From the NCBI RefSeq assembly GCF_006345805.1, contig NC_042999.1, forward strand, positions 21,080,001 to 21,144,000: a stretch of DNA of 64,000 bases. Direction: 5' to 3'. This document shows, one piece after another, positions 12,913-26,379 of this stretch. Origin of the DNA: Octopus sinensis (taxonomy: Eukaryota). Every line of letters begins with the position of its first letter. The stretch's first letter is position 1. The notes below the pieces were generated by a model, which was given only the letters and a program-made list of their open reading frames with translations, was not told the DNA's origin and did not search any database. The position numbers and the translations under genes are program-made.

Positions 12913-14199
12913 TAGTATAATTTTACCTAAACTTCCCAAGAAGTTAAGGAGATAGACAAAGAACATGCTGTCTTCACTTCAGCATAGAAGCTACAAAGGT
13001 ATCAGGAAAAAAGACTTCTTACAGATTTTGCTTGTCACTGTTTTATGGTTTCACTTTTAATTTATATACTAGTTTATCAAATCTTTGTATATCTAAGGCC
13101 AAAAGAACGAGTAGTGCCTGCTAGGAAGGGGGCAGGGAGTGTCGACAAAAATCATAGTGGGTATAGTCATAAAACTATCAGGGTTTATTTGAAGCAATAT
13201 AATGAGATTTGGTAAGGGAAATCTTAATTCAAAATGCTAGCTGACAATTAAAGGTTACATCATTCATAAGGAAACAAGGGAAATCCTATCATGCGGTACT
13301 ATAACAAAATATTTTAAACAATATTTTCATATGGTATAAAGTTAAAGTTTAGGATTATTCAGAAGATTATTAAGAAGAATATTATAAGAAAAAGATAAAA
13401 AAGTGTTTTAATACATTTGAACATATGCCAAACTTTTAACTACAATAGGAGGAGGAAAAGAAACTATCTAGAAATAGTTTAATATTTATACATATTATAT
13501 CCTTAAATACTAACTTATCGGATGGTATCTAAAGATTGATCAACTGTTATTTACTGGTATTTAATAAAGGCGTACTGAGGTAAAAGAATATTCCAACTAT
13601 ATATTAATTAAATTATAAGCTAAACAGTTTCTTTTAAATAGTGAATATACCAGTATTGTTTTATATAAGCTAAGTATAAATTTATAGGGGTATAAAAATT
13701 AGATTTATTTTATAAATAAAGGCTATTATAAAATAATAAAATGATCAGGTAGAACACCATAGAAAAGGAATAGCATAATCACTAAAAACATGATAAAGTC
13801 TATATACCTTATTAACATCAATAGAGAAGATTTATAGATAACGTATAATAATTTAAGTATACTAAACTAAAAATCATTTATATACTTATTTAGCTAGTGT
13901 CAATAAAGACTGAAACCTCGTATTAGCTAAAGGAATATTGATGTTATAGGACATTCTAATTATATACTAATTTAAAACTAAGAGGTATTTTAGAAGTTAT
14001 TATTGTTACTCCATACATGATATATATAGTTTCCTCGGGATACTTAATTAGAAGGGCTACTTATATAAAGGCCCTTATAAATGCTAAGGTCAGGAGAATA
14101 GAGTACTTTAAGAAAAGGATAAATTAAGTAATTTCTAAAGACCATTTCAAACAATATTGCCATATTGTATAAGGTTAAAATTAAGGGTAGTCAATATAA

Positions 14200-14800
14200 T
14201 TTACGTATACATACATATGCAGTACTGTTGCTCACTGTAGTCACCCCATACGAAACAACTCATTATGAATGTAGAGGCGTTCCAGAGGTACAAAACAAGA
14301 AAGATAGACGATGTGAGAGGCATTGTGTATTGGGGTCGACTAAAAATCTCATTCTATTCTCCCTACAACGCCGCCGGGAGCGCTACATCATTTGTGTGAT
14401 GTGGAAAATATTACATCAATATTGCACAAATGATGTTGGCATCAATTTTATAACCCATTCAAGACTTAGCCCCCGCGTTATCCGCCAACTTCAAAAATCG
14501 AACTCGATACACATAGCAACATTACGTCTCAATTATTTAACCTCAACCGGTCCAGCTCTCTTTAATACCATACCAAAATACGTCAAAACGGAAACGGATC
14601 CCTTAAATTTCACTGGAGAAATTTTTTCAAAAAGTCCCAAAGTCATGGACCAACCTCCTACACCCGGATATATCTCAAACAATAAGAACTCTTTGTTAGA
14701 GTGTGCTATGGTACCCCATATATGACTAAAAGACTTTACCAGGTGGTGCTATTGAGTAAGACATTTGGCTTATACACGCCAAAAGTTATCAAAGTTATAT
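14200..14800 (+). mobile_element. CR1/L2-group LINE 3' end (RT C-terminus plus UTR), degraded
   Basis: HMQYCCSL*SPH..VEAFQR..YWGRLK; LFSLQRRRERYII; GPALFNTIPK; DQPPTPGY..NSL, typical of this LINE group. Confidence 0.85.
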
Positions 14801-15786
14801 GGAAATATGCAATAATATATATGTAATATATATTACACATATAATTTATGCAATATTTTATGTTTTATGTAGGAATACATAGCTTATTACAATATATATG
14901 TGTATGTGTGTGTACGTGTGTGTATTACAATATATGTTTGTAGTACACGTGAGTTGTGTATATTACACACGCACACATATATATGAGTGTATGTAATATA
15001 AGTAACATTTATGAAGTATTTAATATTTAAATATATATCCTAAAATTGCATTGTATTAAAATAGACATTTCTAACATTGCACCATCGCACGCCCATACTG
15101 ATTCATACATCCATATACTCATATATGTATCAGCTTGAATTTATGACTGTTTCACTATATATTGTTTTGTGTGTTTCCGATGTGTATGTGGGTAATTGCT
15201 TACTTATTCAGAACTACAGAAGATATATAAGATAAAATTATTTTCCTCTGTCTCTACGTATATATATATATATAGATAGAATATCTTATTTATAGAAACT
15301 GGTTTATTTTTCCTTCTGTAATTAAATCTTGAGTAGTATTTACGATTCTTTGAACTCCAAACTTAATAAAAGCATTTAAATATAGCAAATATAATGCTAA
15401 TGAGTTTCTCAAAACACGGTATGGATTATAGATATGGCACGTTGTTGTCGGTCTGTCTCCAGAAATCTCCTCTCACTTTTACTCATTTGTTGTACAAAAA
15501 CAGCGGAAACAATACACCCACCCACACAATCATATATATATATGTGTGTGTGTGTATATATATATATATGTATACTCACACACACATAAACATATATATA
15601 TATATATCTACACATACTCATATATCTATATATAGATTTAAGAGAGAGAGAGATGTCTCCATAGATATATGTATATGTATTTAGAGAGAGAGAGATTTGT
15701 ACATAGACTTATGTACATGTATAGATGTGTCTGCGTGTGTATTTGTGTGTATATGTACATGTATATATACATATATGTATAAACGT

Positions 15787-16017
15787 AGGCGGTGAGCTGG
15801 CAGAACCGTTAGTACGCCGGGCGAAATGCTTAGCTGCATTTCGTCTGTCGTTACATACTGAGTTCAAATTCCGCCGAGGTCGACTTTGCCTTTCATCCTT
15901 TCGGGGTCGATATCTAAAGTGCCAGTTTCGCACTGGGGTCGATATAATCGACTTAATCCCTTTGTTTGTCCTTGTTTGTCCCCTCTATGTTTAGCCCCTC
16001 GTGGGCAGTAAAGAAAT
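15787..16017 (+). mobile_element. tRNA-derived SINE family S2
   Basis: AGGCGGTGAGCTGGCAGAA..GAGTTCAAATTCC..GCCTTTCATCCTTTCGGGGTCGAT; homologues at 22.6, 56.3 and 56.8 kb. Confidence 0.9.
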
Positions 16018-16226
16018 ATATAAGTATACACGTGCCGTATAGCAGATCATTACTGTTGAAATTACTATACTATCTTACAAAATTCATTCAAACGCTATAT
16101 ACTTAGAAAGGACTATGTCCTCTCAGAATTTGCGAACAGTGAAGTATAGATGATCGTCTTACCTCTCACAGAGAGAGAGAGGGTATATATATATATATTA
16201 TATATATAATATATATATATTATATA

Positions 16227-16580
16227 TATTGGGTTGGCAACAAATTTCCCGCCGTTTTTTAAATTTTGGAATTTATTGTGTTTTTAAATTTTGGAATCCA
16301 TTTTTTTCTAGTTTGTTTATTTTCAGATCAATAAAATGGAATGTCAAGTTAAGAAAAACGAGCATTTTCGACACCGCCTTCTTTTTGCTTTTAATCAAGG
16401 TTCTAAGGCCGCAAAAGCTGCTCACGACATTTGTGCTGTGCATGGAGAGGGTGCCATAGTTGAAAGAACCGCTCGTGACTGGTATGCCAAGTTCAAAAAT
16501 GGAAATTTTGAACTCAAAGACATACCTCGTTCTAGCTGTCTAGTTGAGATCGATGAAGAGCGATTGAACCAACTTAATGA
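16227..16580 (+). mobile_element. Mariner transposon 5' part (TIR plus N-terminal HTH)
   Basis: TA-TTGGGTTGGCAAC TIR; MECQVKKNEHFRHRLLFAFNQG..ICAVHGEG..WYAKFKNGNFELKD.PRS. Confidence 0.9.
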
Positions 16581-17439
16581 CACCGAAATGGCTAATTACA
16601 ATTTCTGACAAGAGGTGTTTCGTATCTAATTTTCCTTTACCGTTATTTATTTTCCCATAACAATTTCTTTTGACTACTTTCATTTTCGGAGCGTGCAGTT
16701 TCGTTTATCGCTTGTTTATACATGTTTTCTCCTCGACTGAATTTATTGTACTTTTCTTCCTCTCTGTCTATTCTTTTGCTGCATTTTCTTTCTTGTTTAT
16801 TGCTAGTTCTCTATCTAGCTCTCCCTCGCTTTCCCTCTTTCTCTCTATTTCCCTTTTTCTCTGTCACTCTCTCTGCCCCCTTTCTGTCTTTATCGTAACC
16901 CTCTCTATTTCAATCTTTTTGTGCCTCCTCAGTATGTTTTCATTCTTCCAATTCCTTATATGGATGCTGACGTTGCTGGATTTATTCTCTCTTCACATTT
17001 CAACAAGCGCCTTTCTATCGCTGAACTTTCTCTAATTCAGACGTTATAAACTTAAGTCTTCATTAGAACTAAGTCACAAACCCATTTCATATTTCTTATT
17101 GCTGTCTCTTCCCTTCTTTATTTCTTTGTCTTTCTATCTGAACGAATTGACTCATACTCCTTCCTTCCTTTTTTTTCTATATATCTTTTTTCACCTCTTT
17201 CTTACACTTTAAGATATAACTCAGACCAAAGTCACATTCTATTTCTCCCCTGGTGCTTACTTCCTCTCTGTATTTTCTTCTCAGTGCCAAAATGAAAAGC
17301 TAGGAACTTCGTCTTTTCAGTTTACAGTATTGCATGTAAAACTTTTTCCTTTGTTTTGGTTTTTTTTCTTATGTTACTCTCAGGCTTCTAAGTCACTTCA
17401 TCTTTACAGCCATTATAATAAATTTTTCTTCAATCGATA

Positions 17440-19780
17440 AGAAGAAAGCAGAGGAAGCTTTACAAAAGATGAACGGTGAAGTGCAAAACATCAGGTCGGG
17501 TATGCCTGTTGGGAAGAATAAAAATGTTCAAGCCTTCAAAACGAATCAAATGCTAAACATTTTAATATAATGTACCAACTGTTGAAAAAGGTCTATGGTA
17601 CACAAGAGTAATTTTTTGCTCTTGTTAAGGCCAAAAATGGATATAAGATCTGAAAGCAGTCAAATGAAATACAAGCTTGAGGGGAAAACTAGAGTGAGAT
17701 TTTGAACAGGATAAGAGCGATTGGTGAAGCTGTGCCAGACCATAGTGAGCAGCTTTTATTAAAAGTATGTTTCAATAAAGCCCCACATAAGAAAGAAATC
17801 AAAAAGCCACATCGAAAATTAACAATGGGAAATCACCAGGTATGGATTAAATACCTGCAGAATTATTGAAATGTGGGTGAGATAGGTTGTATATTATGCT
17901 GTAAGAGATTATTTCTGATGTATGGGACCCCTGAATGAATTTAAGTCGGGTGAGATGCTTTTTCGGTAATCTGTTTAAGGAAGGGGAGAAATCTGAGTGC
18001 GGAATCTGTCGTGGCATGTCGCTGTTCCTTATAGTAAGCAAAGAGTTCTACTGAACGGATATTTTCCACGGTGTTAAATGATATTCGTCTGGATGCAGAA
18101 TGTGATTTTAGAGGGCAAAGAGCAACAGGTGATATATTTTCTGCAGGAAAAGGGTATTTAGTAGAATCTTGAATTATAATCAATGCTTTTATTCATCTCA
18201 CCAAGGCTTTTGCTGCGATGAATACATCAATGCTATAGAATGTAGTAAAGAAGCTTGGTTGTCTTAACAAATTTACAGACCCGATATAGTCTGTACTTGA
18301 CAATATAAAAGTTATAGAGTAAATTAATGGTAATTTATCTGAACCTTTTCCAGTTGAAGGGTGAATAAAGTGAAGAGATTTTTTCACCAATGTAATTCTC
18401 TCTTTAAGTTACAGTAATATTCAATGGTACCATTAAAAGCTAACACTAAGGAAATCTACATAAGATTTCGTACCACGCAAAGATTGTTCAACATTAGAAG
18501 ACAGTTACTAGGTATGTTTGAATCTTTTGTTAGGAAATGATTACATGTGCATGATTATTATCTCATGCAGAACCTGATTACGGTTTTGAATGCTTATCAA
18601 GCCTTGGGATTAGAAATGATTTTGAAGAAAACAGAAGCTATGATTCAGGTTGCACCTGAAACAGGTTATGCTAAACCAAAGATATTAGTGTAGGCTTTTA
18701 CATATCAGGGAAAGAGATTCTGCACAGAATGAAGTCTTCGACTGCTTTTAAAAATTTTGAAAGTAACATTTGGTCACGACGTTTGACAAGAAAAATTTCC
18801 GTCTACGGAATTAGTATGCTAACATCTCTATTGTATGGATGTGGAACTTTGATGACTTACAAACACCAAGGTGAGATGCTTCAGCTGTCTCACTAATGCT
18901 TTTTGAAACTTTAATACGCTCTTCAGTATATTATAGTTGCAAAACAAAATACAGTATACTTACAAGTCAACAATATTTACGTACCAACTTCCAGGGATAT
19001 GTTTCATATGCAAAGTTGGTATATCTGGTAATGTTACACCGCTATATTCAGTGGCAATGAGTTCTTGGATAACCAATGGGTTGGATAGGTGTTGATGCAG
19101 GGGTAAAATCACTTGAAATATGCCATACACCCGTTACTAATTTTCCATCTTCGATCACATAGCTGTTTACTTTAGGCGTACTCGGATACGAAACCTCGAA
19201 TCACACTCAATGCTGGCTACGATTTTTATCGAAAAATCTGTGGAAATAACTTTAACAAGGGCTTTATGAAACATATACTCAATATGAAGATGACTACACA
19301 TACCCTAGATATCGCAGTTTTAGAGAAAGCTCAAATGTCTAGCATTAGAATCGCCAGCCCTCGGAGTGTTCTAAGATGAAGTGGACAGCGTGTTTGAATG
19401 AGTAATGCCAGAATTCCAAAGCAATTGCTTTATGGGGAATCGAAACAGGGAAAAGGAAAGCCTCCAAACCTTAACTAGAGTACAAAGACATTCTAAAGAT
19501 GAACTGGTAGTAATGTGCTATTTCATTTAAGAGCAGGGAAGAAGCTGTTGATAGAGCAAAGTGGAAAAAAACAATATTTGGTGGTGTAGCATTGAGAGGG
19601 AAAGAAATTAGCATGCGCCCTGAAAAAGAGCAATTCTGATGAGGAAGTAAGCAACAATATCGAAAAATATGAACAAACGCAGTCAATGTGAAATATGTGG
19701 GAGAATCTGTGTTTCTATTACTGGCTACAAGTGCTACTTGAAATGGTGTGATGATATGAATCAGGTGCAGTATTCGCTGC
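17440..19780 (+). mobile_element. RTE-clade (BovB-like) LINE relic, heavily degraded
   Basis: Frame-broken motifs GKSPGMD.IPAELLK (17827), KEGEKSECG..RG (17979), FI.LTKAF, RLFNIRR, SLLYGC, RIPKQLLYGE (19409). Confidence 0.85.
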
Positions 19781-20316
19781 AACCTCCTCTCTGTGTGTGT
19801 GTGTGTGTGTGAGTGCGTACACGCCAAAATCTGTTCGCAACCAAATAGCAGAGATAGCTTAAAAATATACAAGAAAACATTTGCAACTATATGATATAAT
19901 TTTATCATTTAAATACTAATACGGATTTCGGAATAACATCTGGAACATAAGCTTCAGAATATTTAGATAATTATTAAATAACTGTTATATAAGTATGTTC
20001 AAAGAATCACGAAGGAGATGTGTTGGCTATGTTAGCGATGAAACGTAAACCTTGTGTATCCAGTTATGTGGTTAGTATTGACAAACCGCGCCTTGGAAAA
20101 TCATGTTTCATAAGTTTTAATCTGAGGATACTTACGTTAGTAGTTTGTTAAGAAAGATAAAAGGTGCCCAGTGGTAACGCATTACAAACCGATATAAGTA
20201 CGCTCACGTACATGTATGTAAGTATCTGAGACATGTGTGTTTGAGAATATGTGTACGAGTGTGTGTGTATTTGTGTTTGATCTTGAATGTGTATGCGAGG
20301 TATATGCATATTTATG

Positions 20317-20353
<37 letters not shown>

Positions 20354-20363
20354 TATATATTTT

Positions 20364-20459
20364 TTTATTTTATAGAAGGAGCTTCTACAGGACTAGAACT
20401 GTTTCATTCAAATGAATGAAATAGTTCTAGTCCTGTAGAAGCTCCTTCTATAAAATAAA
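20364..20459. repeat. Near-perfect palindrome: 46-bp arms, 4-nt loop
   Basis: 20364-20409 pairs with 20414-20459 with a single G-T mismatch. Confidence 0.95.
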
Positions 20460-20896
20460 TTAACTTACTCTGCCATGTATTGAGTACCTTATTTACTGTG
20501 GTTAACCCCGACTCAACCCGGGACCTACATATAAATATATATATATATATATTTATTTATGACAGAGATGGTATGTGACAGCACGTTGTTGGATGTATAA
20601 AAGATAAAAAAGGCTGAAAATAACTACAGAAGGCTTGTGTTATATGGTTAAAGAATATATCTAAGTCGTTATGTTAGAAAAATGTTACACACAATACACA
20701 TTCATATATGCATGCCTGTGCTTAAATATATGTTTGTCTTTCTGTATTTGTATAGTCAACTATATATACGTATATATATGTGTGTACGTGCGTGTGTAGA
20801 TAAATATCCAGTAATACATACTCAGTGACACACGCACAGAAACTCAAAGACACACTCCCAAACAAACCCTTTTGTACTAATATAAATACAAATACC

Positions 20897-20928
<32 letters not shown>

Positions 20929-22560
20929 GCTTTAGTTTTGTCTTCGACCGACTCTCATTATGTAGTCAGTTGTAAACCGTGCTAATGATAAGAGTGTGGA
21001 GATCATAATGGAAAATAAAGTCTGTGTAAGTTTAAACATATTCAAAAATAGAAAATTAAAATCCACTTACAATAAAATATATATCACTTGTAAAAATGTC
21101 ACAGATAGATTTTGGTTAATTAATCTCCAATTGTTCTATTGAATGATATCGATTTATTAGATGAGATTCATTTAAATCAAAACATTTGTAAGTAAGTAAA
21201 CAACTACTTGACCTGCATTCGTGATATGATTGTTAAAAACTAAATTGACCTTAATATATCTTCAGAGTGCTTGGCTTGTTCATTTATTAATATATCTGTT
21301 TCATTGCCAACAATAAATTTGATGCCACTGTGTCTAGTGAGAAATAGTGATTTTTATCTAAGTATTCACATATTTGTTTGTTTCAGTCATATTTATTTAT
21401 TTATGCTTATTTACGTTGCTTATCATTCTAATTCATTTTTACCACGATAGCTCCAAGCTATTTTGTCGAATAGATTACTTACGTGATTTTCTTTACTTTT
21501 TCATTTCAACATATATCGTTAATTATCTTATTTACTGAACATAAAGGCATGACGCAATGTTTTGAAAAGCTATTATTAAATAATTATAGCCACCTCAAGA
21601 TATTTATTTCTAGTGTCAAGCGTAATATCACTATCAATATGCTTGAACCATTCACCGTCTCTTCACTTTCTTGCTCTCGGCAATTATGTCACAAAATAGA
21701 AATGGAAGACGGATGATGGATTCACACATACATAATGTAATAAGGCTTCTGCTATTTAAATACATCTGAAGTTCGCAAACAATGTCTTCCGGTTAAGTAA
21801 TCAATATACATTATATAATATACTGAATTGTTTATATCCCACCACCCGTATTCTAAAACAATTGAATATATGTGCATCTACCTACACACAAACTGCCAGG
21901 CACACGCACATCGCAATTTCATTATGTGTGAATATATCACTCACTTTTGTGTGTCGATGCACGAATTTCGCTCAATTATTTGACAAATTGGTTAACGTTA
22001 TTGGTAAGCCTCCAAAAGGGCAATACGCGTCAAACGTCTCCATAGGCTAATGCTTTGAAAATGTTTCTGTTCGATATAGCGTTTTCAACACTACATGTCT
22101 ATAAGCAGATTCCTTCTCCAACAAAAGTCACACCGCCGTGTCTTTTCACGGTGTACAAGCATTTACTTAGATATACAGATACCTATCTTGCTTTAATGCT
22201 GTTTTAATGGCGTTTATCGAGTTTTTAAGACTAGAAAGACTCATGCAATACTAGTGATTTTATTATTCACTTTTTCTTACATCTCAAAGTACAAATCTGT
22301 TTTGAAGCATTTAAGAAGTGTGCGTTCGTTCTTGCAAACTCAATCAAAAGGCGAAAAATTGTCTAACATTCCGATGGGTCACTGCTGTAAAAATGTTCGT
22401 TTTCTTCCGATACATATTGTGTTTTAAAAATAACTTGACTTTGAAGAGATTTTGTCTCAGATAAAAACCATCATAGCATGCAATTCCACGGCTGTGTATA
22501 CGTTTAATGACAGCGGTGCTTCCCTATTTGACAGCAGAGAGCAAAGCATTCTTATTTCTA

Positions 22561-22697
22561 AACATAGAGGGGACAAACAAGGACAGAAAAAGGGATTAGG
22601 TCGATTACATCGACCCCTGTGCGTAACTGGTACTTAATTTATCGACCCCGAAAGGATGAGAGGCAAAGTCGACCTCGGCGGAATTTGAACTCAAAAC
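22561..22697 (-). mobile_element. SINE S2, 5'-truncated
   Basis: Reverse complement of the S2 body and tail. Confidence 0.85.
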
Positions 22698-22720
22698 GCA
22701 TATATATATATATATATATA

Positions 22721-23292
22721 TATTGGGTTGTCCGGAAAGTGCGTGCCAATTTATAGTAGCTTAAATTTCGACTTATTTTAGAACATGGTCGAGTCCATGA
22801 AATAGGATTTCACTACCCCTCCATTTAGAGCACAGTTTAAGCTATCTTTTCGTGGAAGAAGGTTTATGTTCCTATAACCTGTGTTAGTTCTGTAACCCTT
22901 TGAAATGGAAGATAAGAAAGTTCATTTTTGGCACTTGATGCTTTGGGAACCAGACAAAAATTGCTGCAGCTTGGTTGGGATGTGTTACCCCACCCTCCAT
23001 ATTCACCAGATATTGCTCCTTCGGATTTCCACTTATTCAGGTCTCTACAGAATAGTCTTATTGATAAAAATTTCAATTCCTTGGATGGCGTAAAAAGATA
23101 ACTTGATGAATTCTTTGCCATGAAGCCACCTCAATTCTGGGAAGAGGGTATTTTCAAGTTAAAGGAACGATGGAGACGCATTGTGCAACAAAATGGTTCA
23201 TATTTGGTTGATGAAAAATGTAATGGCAAGTATTTATTGACCTTTTTCTTTCCTTTAAAAATCGGCACGAACTTTTCGGACAACCCAACATA
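22721..23292 (+). mobile_element. Internally deleted mariner with both TIRs
   Basis: TIRs TTGGGTTGTCCGGAAAGTGCGTGCC / GGCACGAACTTTTCGGACAACCCAA; MEDKKVHF fused to LGWDVLPHPPYSPDIAPSDFHLFRSL..KLKERWRRIVQQNGSY. Confidence 0.93.
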
Positions 23293-23303
23293 TACATATA
23301 TAT

Positions 23304-23497
23304 TGTCGCCATGATAGATCGGTAGCAACTATACACATTTTTTCTCTTCTTGTTTGTTTCTGTTTTCCTGTCTGCAGAAGAGCATAGGCTCTAAACGTAA
23401 AAGACTTTTTCAATTCCCAAGCGTTATACTAATACATCTGCTTGTTTTCTACATCACCTGTCTACGTCTTTGGTTTTTGTTTTTCGTGAATTCTCCC
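23304..23497 (+). mobile_element. Family H2 repeat, copy B
   Basis: Core CTGCAGA-a-GAGC-atag-GCTC-TAAA-cgt-a-aaag at 23372-23404. Confidence 0.7.
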
Positions 23498-23547
<50 letters not shown>

Positions 23548-24165
23548 TCTATATATTAAAATTAATAATATGTAAGAGAATTTATGTCAACAGGACATTA
23601 TCGTTAGTAATACTAATTAGTGAACTTCTTACTGAACGTCTGAAAAAATTTAGCTGTTAAAAATGCTAGCAAAACGAAACGCGAAACCAAATTTTATCAC
23701 TCGACCAAGAGCGACATCATTGAATAATTTAATTTATGCAAATGAATTATAGAAAATAGCTTGCAACTTTCGTAATTTTTACAATTTGACATTTACGTAG
23801 AAAAAAGCAAAATATAGAGAATGAGAATATTTATCTATGAAAAATTAATGACGTCAATAGATATTGAAAGGATAAAATCTGCAGACAAGAATTCTACGTT
23901 TCGCTTAATAGATAACTAAAGAATAAAAACTACAGATAATAGTGTTGCAGATAGTAATAATAGAAACATATACTTTACGTCGCAATAATTAATTACCTAT
24001 TTATTTAATAAAGCTTTCTGCAGGAATTAAACTTTTTTTATAATAACTGAAGAATTGTTATATTCAACAACATTTGCAACCGTCGAGGATCTCACTAGAT
24101 ACTTAAAAAAAACAAAGAAATCGGGGAAGACAACTAAATATCTAATATATTCATTATAATAGCTT

Positions 24166-24408
24166 CTTATATAGGAATTAAAATTATCATATAATTGAAA
24201 ATTTATTATAATTAAGAATAATATATACAATCATTGGTGACTACGCTAGATAACTAAAAAATAAAAATAGCGGATAATTAACTATCAATTTTTATAATAT
24301 ACTCTTTTATAGGAAATATGATTATTGTATAATAATTGAAAAATTACTATAATTAATAATATATACAATTCTTGGTGATCTCGGTGGGTAATTAAAGAAT
24401 AAAGATTA
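24166..24408. repeat. Imperfect AT-rich direct duplication, 138-bp offset
   Basis: cttatataggaa..atatacaatcattggtga vs cttttataggaa..atatacaattcttggtga. Confidence 0.7.
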
Positions 24409-24884
24409 AAGATAAAATTTTACGTTATGCTTAAATGAAGCTGTTGTAAAGCAGTCATTTGCCACTCTTGTATCTGTCTTTTGCTGACGGTTGTCATTCT
24501 GACAGATATTGTTATATTCGAATTAGTCAATAGAATGGTTCTATCTGGTACTGTACCACCCGCAGACGTACATTGTTATTATCCTCAAAAGGCTGGAACG
24601 TTATAACGTCCACTCAGTTTTCACAGTATGATTCCTATATAAAAAAAAACACGACTACCAACACAGTCTAAATGTATTCCCGACCTTCTGACCACCTCCT
24701 GTCAACCGGCTACTGCTATATTTATAATGGCTGGTTACTACCACTTTTTACCGGGAGGGTGTACAGTTTCACTATACAAGAGAAGCTTCGATACTTTACA
24801 TCGCTATTATTTATTACGTACTCATTATATGAAGCACTTTATAGAAGTTACCTTTAAAAGATTATAATAATTAATAATTAAAAT

Positions 24885-25715
24885 ATTTCAATGACTTTAT
24901 AAATTTAGTGCAACATCTTAATGTCAAGTGCTCATTAAAATTCAATAAAATTAATTTAGAAATAATTATTAAATATAATTCTCCGAGGCAGGAATCACAA
25001 GTAAAATATTATACGATGGTGCAGAGCAAATAATGGACCACTTCAAATCATATTTAATATAATTATCCTTAAAATTCCAAATGCTTTTACGAGGATTAGA
25101 AGTATTACATTTTCTTCTATATTTATAGGAATTAGAATGATTATAAAATCTAGATTTCCAACTAGTAGCAGAAGAACCAATATACCAATGCTTACGATTT
25201 CTAGTTATTACTCCACACTCATATACTATAATCTTCTTTAGACACCGATTTCGTATAGGGCATCGAGTTTTGTTTACACAATTACACATGGATTTGTTCG
25301 CTTGTAAACTGTCATCATAGTTATAAGATTTTCTACTTACACCCGTCATTAAAATACGAGTTCAGGTTGGATTACAACTATTACTATTATTATTAGAATT
25401 AATATTAATACAGGGGAAAAGAATAATTATATTTTCAGCAATTTGATTATTCATAAGATTGATTTCACTGTACATATTATCAGATCTATAATTATTTATA
25501 GGTTTAGAATATAAGTTTTCTCCAATTCTCAGTCTATTTTGTGCTGCAATAATCTCAGCTAAATTTCAAGAGACTGAATACGAAAACATAATTTCCTATA
25601 TTTACTTGAACGTGGGAAATACCTATTTATTGCTGCAAAGAATTCACGAGGGATATTAGAATCAACTGAATACGAACATGGAGCCTTGTGCCATATAACA
25701 TTTGTTGATCTAGTC
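24885..25715 (-). mobile_element. Penelope-like element relic: RT C-terminus/linker plus GIY-YIG endonuclease
   Basis: NVIW..PCS..VDSNI.REFF..I.RYFP; CNCVNKTRCPI..RCL..IIVYE..WYIGS...WKSRFYNH..IW..K..Y.LKWSII..A.SY; CDSCL.E.Y.I. Confidence 0.88.
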
Positions 25716-25830
25716 ATTTTGTTATTTCTATAAACTATTTTGTCTGTATTACTTTTATTAAAATTGAGTATCTCCTAATGTAAGTTTTATTAATATATTT
25801 GTAGTTTTTAATATTATTACTATTATTATT

Positions 25831-26348
25831 GAGTGAGAAAGTAGAGCATTCCACCAAAGTGACACTATGGTAAAATAATAGGAGGCCCAATATACCCATC
25901 GAGGGTACACCAGGCATCACGACAATATGTGCACGACATGGTGATTTCATTTCAGGATAAACAACACATGACCTTGCAGGTGGGGTCCAGTTTGAATTTT
26001 CTTTAGGTCAAGTAGCCCAACCCGCTCAAAAGGGCCCTGAATAATGTTTGTTTGAGGATGAAGAAAACACCCATGTTTCCAGATGTGAATTATCTAAACC
26101 CCAAAGAATTCCACTCAACACTTGGCTATGATTCTCCCCTACTACTTCTGCTCGAGATCAGAGATGAGCATATCGTCAGCCACTAAGGGACATGCTCAAC
26201 TATTTAAGGTCAAGCACCTGACAAGCAAATCTGTGGTATTGAGCAGAATATTTGCTGTAGCCCTTCTCTTATACTAAGAAAAAGCAATGTACTTGATACC
26301 ACTTCCAATCAAAAGCCACGAGAGACACTGCCTGGTATTGCATCAGGG

Positions 26349-26350
<2 letters not shown>
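25831..26350. mobile_element. Complete ~520-bp non-coding element flanked on both sides by (TAA)n/(TTA)n
   Basis: (ATT)n at 25812-25830 and 26351-26378; homologous to 3795-4140. Confidence 0.8.

Positions 26351-26379
<29 letters not shown>

Noticed and set aside
13060-14190. Mitochondrial insertion (NUMT)
   Set aside because: No mitochondrial protein, rRNA or tRNA motif found in the frames I translated.
14165-14725. 186-aa ORF as a host gene
   Set aside because: It is a frameshift mosaic of a LINE RT C-terminus.
16670-17035. 121-aa hydrophobic ORF
   Set aside because: Product of a CT-rich low-complexity tract.
24740-24800. Hammerhead in the terminal region downstream of the Penelope ORF
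   Set aside because: A GAAAC motif exists on the minus strand, but there is no CUGANGA and no stem I pairing.
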